Positions 1 to 12,985 of a DNA stretch of 64,000 bases are shown in pieces (within the stretch, counting starts at the first letter, position 1; each line of letters begins with the position of its first letter). Below the pieces are notes generated by a model. The model saw nothing but the letters and a program-made list of their open reading frames with translations. It ran no database searches and had not been told where the DNA came from. The DNA comes from Polyangiaceae bacterium (lineage in GTDB: Bacteria > Myxococcota_A > Polyangia > Polyangiales > Polyangiaceae): the NCBI GenBank assembly GCA_035063585.1, contig JAPSGB010000003.1, forward strand, positions 224,001 through 288,000, read 5' to 3'. The position numbers and the translations under genes were made by a program.

Positions 1-1
1 C

Positions 2-2572
2 GCCTTCACGCTCGCCGTAGAAGCGGGCTGCCGCGCCGAGCTCTGGCGGCGCTGGGACGCGATGGTCGCCGCGAGCGCAGACGCCGACTCCCTGCGGCTC
101 CGTGGCGCCGAGCTCGCGTTGTCGCTCGGCGACGTCGACGTAGCGATCGAGTGGGCGCACCTGGCCGCCTCCGCCGAGCCGGGGGCACGCGCTGCGTTCG
201 TGCTCGGGCGCGCGGCGCTCGCGCGGGGCGATCTGGTCTCGGCCGAGGCCGCGCTCCGGCGCGCCAGCGAGCTCGCCGCGGGGGACGACGCGCGGCTCGA
301 AGCCGCCATGGATCTCGCCGAGGTGCGTTTCGCGGCAGGAGATCTCGCGCGGGCGGAGGAGCTCGCGAGGAGCGTCCGCGCGGGCGCGCGCGTGGCGAGC
401 GTTCGCCTGTCCGCGCAGAACCTGCTCGGCAAGCTGCTGCTCGCGCGCGCGGCGTGGGATGAGGCTGACGCTCATTTCGCAGCCGATTCCTGCGACGCCG
501 CGCTCGCCGGCGAGACCATCGCGGAGCTCCGGGCGCGGGTCAATCGGGCGATCGCGCTGTTGTCGCGCGGGAGCCTGGATGAGGCTCGCCCGATGCTGGC
601 GGACGTCTTGGCGGACGCCGAGGCGCGCGGCGAGCTCCGCGCGGTCGGGTTCGCGCTCAGCAACCTGGCCGTGATCGCCATCAATCGGCACGACTACGGT
701 GAGGCGCTCGAGCTCTCCGAGCGCGCCATCGCCGTGCGACGGCGGCTGGGCGACCGCCTCGGGTTCGCGCGGGATGTCACCAACCTGGTAGGGCTCCGGC
801 TCCGCCTCGGCCTCATCGAGCAAGCCGAGCAGGGGCTCAAGTTCGGACGGCAGGCGCTCGGGGCCGGGGCTCCGGCGCCACGCCTTGCAGAGCTATCGCT
901 CGCTTCGGCTCGCGCGCACCTCGCACGCGGGCGCACCTTGGACGCGGAGCGCGAGCTTCGGAGCGCGCTCCGCACCGCCGGTCAAGCGAGCGACGGTGAC
1001 AAGCTCGCCGAGTGCCATCGGCTGGCCGTGCGCGTAGCGCTCGACGATGGCGCGGTCGCGCGCGCGCGGGTCGAGCTCGCGCACGCGCGTGAGCTCTCGA
1101 GCTCGCCGTTCGCGGAGGGAGAGGTCGCCGTCCTCACCGCGGCGGTCGAGCGCGCCGCGGGCGAAGAGGCGAGCGCTCTGGCCGAGCATGCGGTGCTCCA
1201 GGCACGGCTGTGCGGTGACGAGGAACTCTGCCGTGAGGCGCACGTCCTCGCGGCCGAGATTGCGCTCGGAGCCGGTGACACCGGCTCGGCGGCGCAGCAC
1301 CTGGCGAGCGCGACCGCGCTTCGCGACGAGGTCTGCAGGGGTCTCGAGCGCGGGCTCCGTGAGACGTATCTGCTCCGTGCCGACCTGCTCCGCCTCGCGC
1401 GCCTCGAGCGCGCGCTCGGGGAGGAGCCCGTGGACTCGACCGAGGCGCCGCCCTCAGCGCCCGCGCCGCGCTCGCGTCCGGCGGGCCCGGCGCCGGCCTT
1501 CGCCGGTCGTCACCCGTCGGTGAGGGCGCTGCTCGCGTCGGTTCAGCGTGTGGGTCGCACCGGCGCCACGGTGCTCGTTCACGGTGAGAGCGGCACCGGC
1601 AAAGAGCTCATCGCCGAGGCGATCCACGCGGCGAGCGGGCGCGCGGCCGGCCCGCTCGTGAAGGTGAACTGTGCAGCGCTGGTCGAGTCGCTCTTGCTGT
1701 CCGAGCTCTTCGGACACGAAAAGGGGGCGTTCACCGGCGCCGCCGCGCGGCGCCGCGGACGCTTCGAGCGAGCGAGCGGTGGGACGCTCTTCCTCGATGA
1801 GATCGGCGATATCTCTCCGCGCACGCAGGTGGCCTTGCTGCGGGTGCTCGAGGAGCGCACCATCGAGCGGGTCGGAGGCAGCGCCGCGATCCCGGTAGAC
1901 GTCCGCATCGTGTGCGCCACGAACCGTGATCTCCGCGCGCTGGTCGAGCGCGGTAGTTTTCGGGAGGATCTCTACTACCGATTGAGCGGCATCACCCTGG
2001 ATGTCCCACCGCTTCGCGAGAGGATTCAGGACTTGCCGGTGCTCGCCGAGGCGCTCCTCGCTCGAGTCGCGCTCGAGCGCGGTGAGAGGCCGATGCCGCT
2101 CGGCGCCGATGCGCTCGCGCTGCTCGCGCGGCATCGTTGGCCCGGCAACGTCCGTGAGCTCGACAACGCGCTGAGAGCCGCGTCGCTCTTCGCCATGGGC
2201 GACGTCCTCACCATCGTAGATTTCGTCGAGCACGTCGAGGCGTTGCGCGCGCTCGCTTCGCGTCCGCCGATCGAGAGCGTGGACGCGGAGGAGCCCCGCG
2301 CGACGCTTCCAGCGGCGGGCGTCGAGCCCGAGCTCGGCGCCGGTGTCGAGCCGCCGGTGGTCGGGACGGCCTATCGGGAGATCCGCCAGCATGGGCTCAG
2401 CCTCGGCGAAGTGAAGCGCCAGATCGAGCGCGACTGCATCGCTCAGGCGTTGTCCGAGACGGCAGGCAACATCACCCGTGCCGCCCTCGTGCTCGGCATG
2501 AAGCGCCCGCGGTTGAGCCAGCTCGTCAAGCAATACGGGCTCTTGCCCGGTGTCGAGGAGGATGGGTCATGA
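2..2572 (+). CDS. Sigma-54-dependent enhancer-binding protein with long N-terminal TPR-like region, AAA+ domain and Fis-type HTH; 5' end probably outside the window
   Basis: Walker [25 protein letters not shown], Walker B LFLDEI, Rx[34 protein letters not shown]. About 470 aa of Ala/Leu-rich helical repeats come first. The frame is open from position 2. Confidence 0.93.
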   Translation, partial: AFTLAVEAGCRAELWRRWDAMVAASADADSLRLRGAELALSLGDVDVAIEWAHLAASAEPGARAAFVLGRAALARGDLVSAEAALRRASELAAGDDARLEAAMDLAEVRFAAGDLARAEELARSVRAGARVASVRLSAQNLLGKLLLARAAWDEADAHFAADSCDAALAGETIAELRARVNRAIALLSRGSLDEARPMLADVLADAEARGELRAVGFALSNLAVIAINRHDYGEALELSERAIAVRRRLGDRLGFARDVTNLVGLRLRLGLIEQAEQGLKFGRQALGAGAPAPRLAELSLASARAHLARGRTLDAERELRSALRTAGQASDGDKLAECHRLAVRVALDDGAVARARVELAHARELSSSPFAEGEVAVLTAAVERAAGEEASALAEHAVLQARLCGDEELCREAHVLAAEIALGAGDTGSAAQHLASATALRDEVCRGLERGLRETYLLRADLLRLARLERALGEEPVDSTEAPPSAPAPRSRPAGPAPAFAGRHPSVRALLASVQRVGRTGATVLVHGESGTGKELIAEAIHAASGRAAGPLVKVNCAALVESLLLSELFGHEKGAFTGAAARRRGRFERASGGTLFLDEIGDISPRTQVALLRVLEERTIERVGGSAAIPVDVRIVCATNRDLRALVERGSFREDLYYRLSGITLDVPPLRERIQDLPVLAEALLARVALERGERPMPLGADALALLARHRWPGNVRELDNALRAASLFAMGDVLTIVDFVEHVEALRALASRPPIESVDAEEPRATLPAAGVEPELGAGVEPPVVGTAYREIRQHGLSLGEVKRQIERDCIAQALSETAGNITRAALVLGMKRPRLSQLVKQYGLLPGVEEDGS

Positions 2573-2922
2573 GGTGGTCGAGGTGGTTCTTCCTGACGCT
2601 CCTCGCCTTCGGCGCGAGCGCTTGCGCGCTCGAGGTGGGCACAGAGGAAGACGTGGCGACAGACGAGCAACCGCTCGATCTCGAGACCTCGGCGCAGGCG
2701 AGGCCGCTCAGGACCGGCGAGCGGCTCATCGTCGATCGCACCAAGCCTACGCCCGACCCTTGGAGCGGAGCGGTAGACGACGCTCGCAAGCCGACCCCCG
2801 ATCCGTGGCATCCGGACCCGACCACGAGCTCGAACCGGTCGGGTGCGAGCGATGACCCCGGCCCGAGCAGCGCCGAGCGGAGCGGTCAGCCCGGCGGCGG
2901 AGCGACGCAGCCAGCGCGCTGA
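2569..2922 (+). CDS. Small predicted lipoprotein with two KPTPDPW repeats
   Basis: ATGA overlap with the upstream stop; signal peptide with lipobox-like ASAC (Cys19); KPTPDPW at 2743-2763 and 2788-2808, then HPDP. Confidence 0.8.
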   Translation: MRWSRWFFLTLLAFGASACALEVGTEEDVATDEQPLDLETSAQARPLRTGERLIVDRTKPTPDPWSGAVDDARKPTPDPWHPDPTTSSNRSGASDDPGPSSAERSGQPGGGATQPAR

Positions 2923-2939
2923 GCGCCCGAGGGCTCGGC

Positions 2940-5078
2940 TTGGATCTTCGGACTCGCACCTCGCTCTTCTGCGGCGTGCTGGCGCTCGCGATCGCGGTGT
3001 CGATCCTGCTCCGGGGCCGCGCGCGGCGCTCGCAGCTCTATCTCGCCGCGTTCGCCGCCGATATCGGGCTCTGGTACCTCGCGCAGTGGCTCTATCACTT
3101 CGTGCGAGCGGACGTATGGGCGCATTTCACCGCGGTGCTCGCGGTGCTCTTGCCTCAGTTCGCGCTGCGCCTGTTCGACGCGGTGGTCCCAGAGCCAGGC
3201 CGGCGCTCGAAGCTGCTCAGCATCGCCAGCGCGCTGATGGTCCCGATGCTGGTGGTGGTGATGCTGCCCCAGCACATGCACGCGCTGGTGCGCGGCTCGG
3301 TGTTCCTCTACGTATTCGGGCTACTCACCGGCGGCCTGTGGTCGGTTGCGCTCCGTGGAGAGCGCAGTCGCTCGCGAGCGACGCAGCGCCGCGTGCGGTT
3401 CCTGGTGCTCATCGGCGCGCTCGCCGGAGTGTTCAGTCTGGCGGACTTCCTCTGGTTCATTGGCGCCCCGTTACCGCCGGTCGGTCAGGTCCTCAGCATC
3501 GTGTTCCTGTTCGTGCTCGCCGAGTCGATGACGCGGGAGAGGCTGGTCGACGTCTACGACATCTTGGGCCAGCTCCTCGTGAGCACCGCGCTCGCGTTCG
3601 CGCTCGCGGGCATCTTCTACGTGTTCGTGGTGATGATCGGCGGGTTTAGCACCATGTACCTGAACGCCGTGCTCGCGGCGATCGTCATCATGGTCCTCTT
3701 CGAGCCGCTGCGAGAGAAGGTCGAAGAGTACATCCATCGCGCCTTCTTCCGAGAGCGGGTCGATCTCGAACGCGCGGTCGGCAAGGCGCGCCGAGAGCTC
3801 GGGCACACGCTCGAGGTGGAGCAGATGCTCCAGCTCGTGGTGTCTGCGCTCGAGAGCTCGCGTCGAGCTACCGGCGCTGCCCTCTTCCTGCGCGAGCCGC
3901 TCGGGGTCGACTTCGAGCTCGGGTCGTCCTTCGGCCCGGTGGCGCCGTCGCGCGTGGATGGGGCGACCGCGCGCCCGCTGCTCGAACGGCTGGCAGCGAG
4001 CTCCTCGGTCGCGCTCGAGGAGATCATCTACGAGCTCGGCGAACGTCGTCGTACCGGATGGACGGCCGAGGCCGAGGCCGATGAGCGGCTGCTCGGCGCG
4101 GCGGAGCTGCTGGGGGCGTTCAAGGATGGCGTGTGTCTGGCGGTCCACGGTGAGGGCCAGGAACTCCTCGGCTTCCTCGTCGTGGTGGACGATCGCGTGA
4201 GGGACGCCTTCTCGGAGGAGGACATCTCGTTGCTCGAGTCCTTGGCGGTGCAGATCGGGGTGGTCATCGAGAACTCCCGCCAATATCGCCGTCTACAAGA
4301 GCGTGATCGCCTGGCGGCGCTCGGGCAAATGGCAGCGGGGCTGGCGCACGAGGTCAAGAACCCGCTCGGGGCGATCAAGGGCGCCGCGCAGCTGCTGAGC
4401 GAGCCGGAGGGCGCCGCGGCGCTGGAGCCCGGCGCGGCCGAGTTCGTCTCGATCATCCTGGAAGAGGTCGATCGCCTGGACCGGGTCGTCGGCTCCGTCC
4501 TCGACTACGCACGCCCGTCGAAGGGGAACCCGGGCGCGACCGACGTGAACGGCGTCGTGCGACGCACGCTCCAGGTGCTGGCGAGCGATCGCGTCGAGGA
4601 GTACAGCGTCGATGCGGAGCTCTCAGCGGAGCTCCCTCTGGTTCGCGCCGACGCAGAGCAGCTTCGACAGGTGCTCATCAACTTGGTGCGAAACGCGGTT
4701 CAGGCCATGAACGGCTCCGGGCGCGTCCTGGTCTCGACGCGAGCACGTCCGGGGCGGGTGGTCGGCGCGGCGCTCATGACACCCGACTGGGTCGAGCTCT
4801 CGGTCCGCGATGACGGGCCCGGGATCGCGCCCCAGGTCCTCAAGAGCCTCTTCGTTCCGTTCTTCACCACGAAAGACAAAGGCACCGGGCTCGGACTCGC
4901 CATCAGCCAAAGGATGGTCGAAGCGATGGGCGGCCGGATCGAGGTCGCTTCCCAGCCGGGCGCCGGCTCCACCTTCACGGTCGTGTTGCCGGCGGTGGGT
5001 GACCTCGTGCCGTCGCCGCGCCCACCGCCCGCCTCTGCCGAACCGGCGACTGCCTCGGCGCTCCCGAAGCCCGTGTGA
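2940..5078 (+). CDS. Multi-TM sensor histidine kinase (membrane domain, GAF-like, HisKA, HATPase)
   Basis: About 8 hydrophobic segments; H-box LAHEVKNPL; N-box QVLINLVRNA; DDGPG, FFTTK, GTGLGL; TTG start. Confidence 0.93.
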   Translation: MDLRTRTSLFCGVLALAIAVSILLRGRARRSQLYLAAFAADIGLWYLAQWLYHFVRADVWAHFTAVLAVLLPQFALRLFDAVVPEPGRRSKLLSIASALMVPMLVVVMLPQHMHALVRGSVFLYVFGLLTGGLWSVALRGERSRSRATQRRVRFLVLIGALAGVFSLADFLWFIGAPLPPVGQVLSIVFLFVLAESMTRERLVDVYDILGQLLVSTALAFALAGIFYVFVVMIGGFSTMYLNAVLAAIVIMVLFEPLREKVEEYIHRAFFRERVDLERAVGKARRELGHTLEVEQMLQLVVSALESSRRATGAALFLREPLGVDFELGSSFGPVAPSRVDGATARPLLERLAASSSVALEEIIYELGERRRTGWTAEAEADERLLGAAELLGAFKDGVCLAVHGEGQELLGFLVVVDDRVRDAFSEEDISLLESLAVQIGVVIENSRQYRRLQERDRLAALGQMAAGLAHEVKNPLGAIKGAAQLLSEPEGAAALEPGAAEFVSIILEEVDRLDRVVGSVLDYARPSKGNPGATDVNGVVRRTLQVLASDRVEEYSVDAELSAELPLVRADAEQLRQVLINLVRNAVQAMNGSGRVLVSTRARPGRVVGAALMTPDWVELSVRDDGPGIAPQVLKSLFVPFFTTKDKGTGLGLAISQRMVEAMGGRIEVASQPGAGSTFTVVLPAVGDLVPSPRPPPASAEPATASALPKPV

Positions 5079-5223
5079 GTCTCGGGCGGGAGGGGTCGCC
5101 AGACAGGTTTCGTCCGGCCCGGAGCAGGCTGGCTCATCGGGACGGAAGGCGCGCAAGCTCCGACCGCCCCGCGCGCCCCCGCGGAGAAGGTCGAGCCGGG
5201 GATACCCCTGGCGTCAGCTCCGC

Positions 5224-5253
5224 TTGACCGGATCTTTTCGAGCGGCTTATTAT
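5224..5253 (+). promoter_or_regulatory. Putative sigma70-type promoter for the FHA-DUF4388 gene
   Basis: TTGACC-N18-TATTAT in an AT-enriched intergenic patch. Confidence 0.55.
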
Positions 5254-5374
5254 CGTTTGGTTTCCGGTCTGTGCACACCGTTTGTGGTGGCCAGGCCCCA
5301 ACTTGGGCCGACGGACCCGTCGGCCGGCAGATCCTCGCCCGACTCAACCCGGCTCCAAGCCCTCTCCAGCGCGC

Positions 5375-6298
5375 ATGGGAATCGCCCTGCGGTTCATCTC
5401 CGGCAAGTACCAGGGGGGAGAATTTCCTCTCGAGCACGATCAGGAGATCATCGTCGGCCGGTCGAGCGACCTGGACATGGTGCTCGTCGAGGAGATGGTG
5501 TCGCGTAAACACGCGCGGATCCGCGTGGCGGGCAGCCAGATCACGATCGAGGATCTCGGCTCGACCAACGGCACCTTCGTGAACGGCGAGAAGATTCAGT
5601 CAGCGCAGCTTCGGGAGGGGGATCGCGTCCTCATCGGCACGAGCATCCTGAAGCTGGTGACGTCGGAGCGCGGTGGGGGCGAGGGCCGAGTCTTCGACTC
5701 CACGGCGCGCCGCGCGGTCGCGAACGTCCAGCGCACCACCGAGGAGTCCGCGCCGCGAATGGCTGGCAGCCTCGAGGAGATCCCGCTCCCCGACCTCTTG
5801 CAGCTCTTCGGCACGTCCCGCAAGACCGCGACGCTGGTCGTCAAGAGTGGCGCGTTGGTCGGCCGGATCTTCCTCGACCAGGGGCGCATTCACTACGCGC
5901 TCATCGATGATCGTCCCGAGCTTCCACCGGTCAAGGCGATCTACCGCATGCTCGAGTGGCGTCGCGGTCAGTTCGAGCTCGATCCGCCCGAGTCTCGTCA
6001 GTTTCCCGCCCCGCTCGACGCCAGCGTCCAAGAGATCCTGATGGAGGCGTTTCGTCAACAGGATGAGCTCACGCAGCTCCGTGAGCGGCTACCGTCGCCC
6101 GAGAGCCGGCTCAAGCTGAAGACACCGCTCGAGGCGCCCCTCCACGAGCTCGATCCGGTGCAGCTCGCGCTGCTCCAGCTGGCGCTCAACGCGCCCACGC
6201 TCGCCGCGCTCTACGACATGAGCCCGCACTCCGATCTGGAGACGGGTCAGATCATCCTGCACCTGCTCGAGCGCGGCTACCTCTCGGCCGGCTCCTGA
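5375..6298 (+). CDS. FHA domain + DUF4388 (PatA_N-like) protein
   Basis: FHA motifs VGRS, VSRKHA, DLGSTNGTFVNG; DUF4388-like GSLEEIPLPDLLQ...GRIFLDQGRI...WRRGQF. Start moved to ATG 5375. Confidence 0.88.
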   Translation: MGIALRFISGKYQGGEFPLEHDQEIIVGRSSDLDMVLVEEMVSRKHARIRVAGSQITIEDLGSTNGTFVNGEKIQSAQLREGDRVLIGTSILKLVTSERGGGEGRVFDSTARRAVANVQRTTEESAPRMAGSLEEIPLPDLLQLFGTSRKTATLVVKSGALVGRIFLDQGRIHYALIDDRPELPPVKAIYRMLEWRRGQFELDPPESRQFPAPLDASVQEILMEAFRQQDELTQLRERLPSPESRLKLKTPLEAPLHELDPVQLALLQLALNAPTLAALYDMSPHSDLETGQIILHLLERGYLSAGS

Positions 6299-6300
6299 CG

Positions 6301-7599
6301 CTAGCGCCTCGAGCCTCGCAGCTCGACGGCGCGAGCGTGGCCCTCGAGGCCCTCGGCGCGAGCGAAGCTCGCGATCGGCTCGGCTTGTGCGTGGAGCGCG
6401 TCCGGGCCGTAGGCGATGAGCGAGGTCCGTGAGACGAAATCGTAGGTCCCGAGCGGCGCGCTGAAGCGGGCCGCACCGCCGGTTGGCAGCACGTGCGAGG
6501 GACCCGCGAGGTAGTCACCGGCCGCCTCGGGCGTGCTCTCCCCGATGAAGATGGCGCCCGCTCGCGTCACCGCGTCCGCGAGCCTCCTCGCGTCCCGGGC
6601 ATGCACCGCGACGTGCTCGGCGGCGAGCTGGTTCGCCACCGGGATGAGGTCATCTGCCGAGCGTACGACGATCGCCACGCCGTTGGCTCGAAGTGAAGCG
6701 CTCGCCACGTCCCGTCGCGGCAAGGTGCTGAGCTGTCGCTCTAGCGCCGCGCGCACCTGCTCGACGAGCCTAGTGGTAGTGCACGCGAAGAGCGGGTAGG
6801 CCGCCTCGTCGTGCTCGGCCTGGCTCACGAGATCCGCCGCCACCAGCTCGGCGTCTGCCGTCTCGTCCGCCAGGACCAGGATCTCACTCGGCCCCGCGAT
6901 GCTGTCGATGGACACCGTGCCGAACACGAGGCGCTTGGCCGCCGCCACGTACAGGTTGCCGGGCCCGACGATCTTGTCGACCTGAGGCACCGTCTCGGTC
7001 CCGTAAGCGAGCGCGGCGATGGCTTGCGCCCCGCCGGCGTCGAGCAGCGCGTAGACCCCGGCGAGGTGACACGCGGCGCGCACCTCGGCGCTCGGAGCCG
7101 GGCTCGCCAGGATGATTTGGCCGACCCCGGCGACGCTGGCCGGGATGGCGCTCATGAGCACGCTCGACGGGTAGCGCGCCTTACCGCCGGGCGCGTAGAC
7201 CCCGACTCGCGCGAGCGGCGTCACCCGTCCGCCGAGCAGCACGCCGGCCTCTTCGTACTCGAAGCTGGTGAGCGTCTCGGCTTGGCGCGCGTGGTAGCGG
7301 CGGATCCGCTCGGCGGCGAGCTCCATCGCGGCGCGTACTCGAGGCTCGAGCGAGGCGAGCGCCGAGGCGCCGCCATAGTCGCGTGAGAAGAGCGCTGGTG
7401 GGCGGCGCTTCTCGAAGCGCTCCACCGCAGCGAGCAGCCCAGCGTCGCCTTCGCGCCGAACCGACCCCAGGATCTCGCGAACCACCGGCTCGACGCGCTC
7501 GAGATCGCTCTCGCCGCGCCGCGCGAGCCGCGCGAGCTCGGCGTCGAAGTCTCCGGTACCGTGCTCGACCGAGCGAAGCAGCCGCGCGGTCTCGCTCAC
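6301..7599 (-). CDS. hisD: Histidinol dehydrogenase
   Basis: GVYAPGGKARYPSSVLM, GGAQAIAALAYG, KIVGPGNLYV, AGPSE, QAEHD, GDYLAGPSHVLPT. Confidence 0.97.
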   Translation of the reverse strand: MSETARLLRSVEHGTGDFDAELARLARRGESDLERVEPVVREILGSVRREGDAGLLAAVERFEKRRPPALFSRDYGGASALASLEPRVRAAMELAAERIRRYHARQAETLTSFEYEEAGVLLGGRVTPLARVGVYAPGGKARYPSSVLMSAIPASVAGVGQIILASPAPSAEVRAACHLAGVYALLDAGGAQAIAALAYGTETVPQVDKIVGPGNLYVAAAKRLVFGTVSIDSIAGPSEILVLADETADAELVAADLVSQAEHDEAAYPLFACTTTRLVEQVRAALERQLSTLPRRDVASASLRANGVAIVVRSADDLIPVANQLAAEHVAVHARDARRLADAVTRAGAIFIGESTPEAAGDYLAGPSHVLPTGGAARFSAPLGTYDFVSRTSLIAYGPDALHAQAEPIASFARAEGLEGHARAVELRGSRR

Positions 7600-8228
7600 G
7601 TCCAGTGGCCCGCCTTCAGCGCCGCCGGATCCACCGGGCGGATCTTCGGGCCGAGCGTGTCGCGGAATACCTGCTCGTCGTCCATGTCGATGTCGTCATC
7701 GGCGAACCCGGCGGCCACGTCCATCGCGACCGCGAGGATGCGTAGGAAGGCGGCAAAATTCGAGGCGCAGAGCCGAGGCTTCCACACATCGGTGCCGTTC
7801 ATTGCCGTGTAGACCGGGCAGTCTCCCTCGGCGTCAGGGCTGCCGGTGTCGAGGAAATACGGGTCGCCGAGCAGCGTGCTGCGGCCGATGATGACCCACC
7901 CGGGCCGCCAGCCCGCTGCGGTCGGTCCGCCGATGAGCTCGCCCTGCGCGTCGAGTGAGAACCCCGCTTGCTCCCCGGCGAGGTCAGCGGCCTTGATCAA
8001 GCGCACGCGCTCGGTCGGGGTCCGCGACTCGACGTCGAGCGGGTCGCACGCCGCGAGAAACTCCCGGTAGCGTCGGGGTACCCTCAGCTTGGCGCGCAGC
8101 TCGGTGACCAACTCAGCCGGAGCCGAGCCAAATTTCGCCCGGATGTCTCGGCGCTCGAACGCCTCCTTCAGGGCAGAAATCGATTCAGCGAGATCGCTAT
8201 CCACGCTCGGCGACCCTTTCGTCGTCAA
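7596..8228 (-). CDS. SMI1/KNR4 (SUKH)-like protein
   Basis: VPRRYREFL, WVIIG...GDPYFLD...CPVY, ASNFAAFL pattern; GTGA overlap with hisD. Confidence 0.7.
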   Translation of the reverse strand: MTTKGSPSVDSDLAESISALKEAFERRDIRAKFGSAPAELVTELRAKLRVPRRYREFLAACDPLDVESRTPTERVRLIKAADLAGEQAGFSLDAQGELIGGPTAAGWRPGWVIIGRSTLLGDPYFLDTGSPDAEGDCPVYTAMNGTDVWKPRLCASNFAAFLRILAVAMDVAAGFADDDIDMDDEQVFRDTLGPKIRPVDPAALKAGHWT

Positions 8229-8428
8229 GGCCGGGGCGGCCCGGATACCCGCCGGATGCCGCGCATCGACGGAGCTCTGCTGCCCGAGCCGGGGGCAACG
8301 GGCGCCAGAGGTTACGAGCTATCGAGCCGTGAGGCCAGGGAGAAGCGCTTTTCGGCCAGTTGGCCGATATTTGCCGGCCCTTCGGCCGGCCCGCACGTCG
8401 GGCCCGCGCGTGGAGTAGCGTCTCCGCG

Positions 8429-9247
8429 ATGACGGACGCGGCCTATCTCCGCTCACGATATAGCCATCCCGAGCTCGAGCACCGTTACGGCGAGCAGGTC
8501 CACCTGCTCGACGACCCGCTCGGGTGGACGCTCCTCGCGCGCGCCGGCGCCCCCGAGGTCGGCCAGCCCGAGGTCGGGCGGCTGGTCTCCGCTCTCTATC
8601 AGGCGCTGGTGCGCGCCGTCATCGCTCGAGAGCTCCCGCTCGAGCGTGCCAGCATCAAGACGCGCATGGTGACGCAGCATCCCGCCGAGGCCGTCTACCG
8701 CGGGCTCGTGGTCGCGCGCGGCACCAAGGTCGTCACGGTCGGCATCGCTCGCGCCGGCACCATGCCTTCGGAGGTGACCTACGAGCTCCTGAACACCGTG
8801 CTCGATCCGGCCGGAGTCCGTCAAGATCACCTCTTCATGAGCCGCATCACCGACGAGCGCGGACAGGTCACCGGAGCCGAGTGGCATGACGCCAAGATCG
8901 GCCGCGACGTCGACGACCGCTTCGTGCTCTTCCCCGATCCGATGGGCGCGACGGGCTCGTCCATGGTGAGCGCGATGCGCCACTACCTCGAACGCCTCGA
9001 CGGAACGCCGCGCCGGTGTATCGCCGTGAACCTCATCGTGACCCCGGAGTACCTCCGCCGCGTGACGACCGAGGTTCCGAACGCGCTCGTGTACGCGCTG
9101 CGACTCGACCGTGGGCTCTCGCCGGCGAACGTGCTCGAGACCATCCCCGGAGAGCGCTGGGGCGAAGAGCGCGGCCTCGATGAGCGGCAATACATCGTCC
9201 CCGGCGCGGGTGGCGTCGGGGAGGTGCTGAACAACGCCTGGATCTGA
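8429..9247 (+). CDS. upp: Uracil phosphoribosyltransferase (divergent type)
   Basis: IARAG, PRPP motif FPDPMGATGSS, GLDERQYIVPGAGG. Start moved to ATG 8429. Confidence 0.82.
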   Translation: MTDAAYLRSRYSHPELEHRYGEQVHLLDDPLGWTLLARAGAPEVGQPEVGRLVSALYQALVRAVIARELPLERASIKTRMVTQHPAEAVYRGLVVARGTKVVTVGIARAGTMPSEVTYELLNTVLDPAGVRQDHLFMSRITDERGQVTGAEWHDAKIGRDVDDRFVLFPDPMGATGSSMVSAMRHYLERLDGTPRRCIAVNLIVTPEYLRRVTTEVPNALVYALRLDRGLSPANVLETIPGERWGEERGLDERQYIVPGAGGVGEVLNNAWI

Positions 9248-9278
9248 GGGTCGGTCCGGCGCGCAGCCCCCGCGACGG

Positions 9279-10318
9279 TCAGGGTGCGCGACGGCGATTA
9301 TGCCCGCCACGGTGCCGCCGCGCGAGCTCCAGGTAGTCGAGGCGCGGCGTGCCGGGCGACCGTCGCGGACCGGGCGCCTCGGCGTACTCGTCGAGCCGGT
9401 CGCACATCTTCTCGAGCTCGTCCTTCGCGAACAGCCCGGTCGCCTCCCGCAGCCGCGCGAGCGCCTCGCGTAGCGCCCCCACCGGCGCTCGCTCGAGGTG
9501 TCCGCGGCGCCAGAGCTCGAGGTGGCTGCGCGCGAGCGCGTCGGCGTCGAACCGATGTCGCAGCGCGAGCTCCGAGGCGACGCGCAGCACCGCCTCCGCG
9601 CCGATCCGGCCATCCTGGTGGAGCACGAAGGCGGCCTGCAAGTAGTTGAAGAAGGGGACCACCCGCGCGCCATACTCCTCGAAGCGGCTCGGCGGGGACT
9701 GACGATCGAGGTGGATGAGCACCCGTTCGACCGCGTCGAAGGCCTCGAGCGCGCCGAGGGCGGTCAGGCATCGGTCCGCCTGATCCTCGTAGGTGTGGCC
9801 CTCCGCGAGCACGGCCATGAGCGCCTCGCGCCCGACCGCGCCGCTCACGACGTCCGCGTAGAGCGAGTACACGAAGGCGTCGGCCTCGGCATCGTCACCG
9901 ACCAGAGCCTCCCTCACGGCGCCGAGCGCCTGGTTTCGCACCCGGCTCTCGAGCAGGACCGGGAGCTTGTAGCCGAGCTGATCTCGCAGCGCGGAGAAGC
10001 GCATTCTGAGCACGTTGCTCAGGTTCGGCTTCAGGGTCAGCTCATCCCAGCCTACCCGGTCGATGCGGAGTTTCTCCTCGAGGCGCCCGCGCATCTGTCG
10101 CGGACTGCCGCTCACGATGTGGATCCGCGCGCCCGAGCGCCCGAGCTCGCGGAGCAGCGGGGCGGCGCCCGGGACGGAACGCTTCCGATCCGGGCGCTCG
10201 AGCGCCGTTCGAAGCAGCGCGCCGAGCGTGTCGAAGTCGGTGCGGAGGTAGGTCTTGTCGAGGTCCCAGCGAGCCAGAAACGGCCCGCTTCGCGGAGCCA
10301 TCGCGCTCGCGGGCTCGC

Positions 10319-10322
<4 letters not shown>
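9279..10322 (-). CDS. HAD-superfamily phosphatase, App1/DUF2183-like
   Basis: Motif I WDLDKT, motif II VSGSP, motif III Lys (GYKL), motif IV VGDDAEAD. Confidence 0.75.

Positions 10323-12985
<2,663 letters not shown>

Noticed and set aside
2569..2922. KPTPDPW protein as the RiPP precursor for the radical SAM enzyme at 24767
   Set aside because: 22 kb apart with unrelated genes between, and the lipoprotein signal would export it; no supporting linkage
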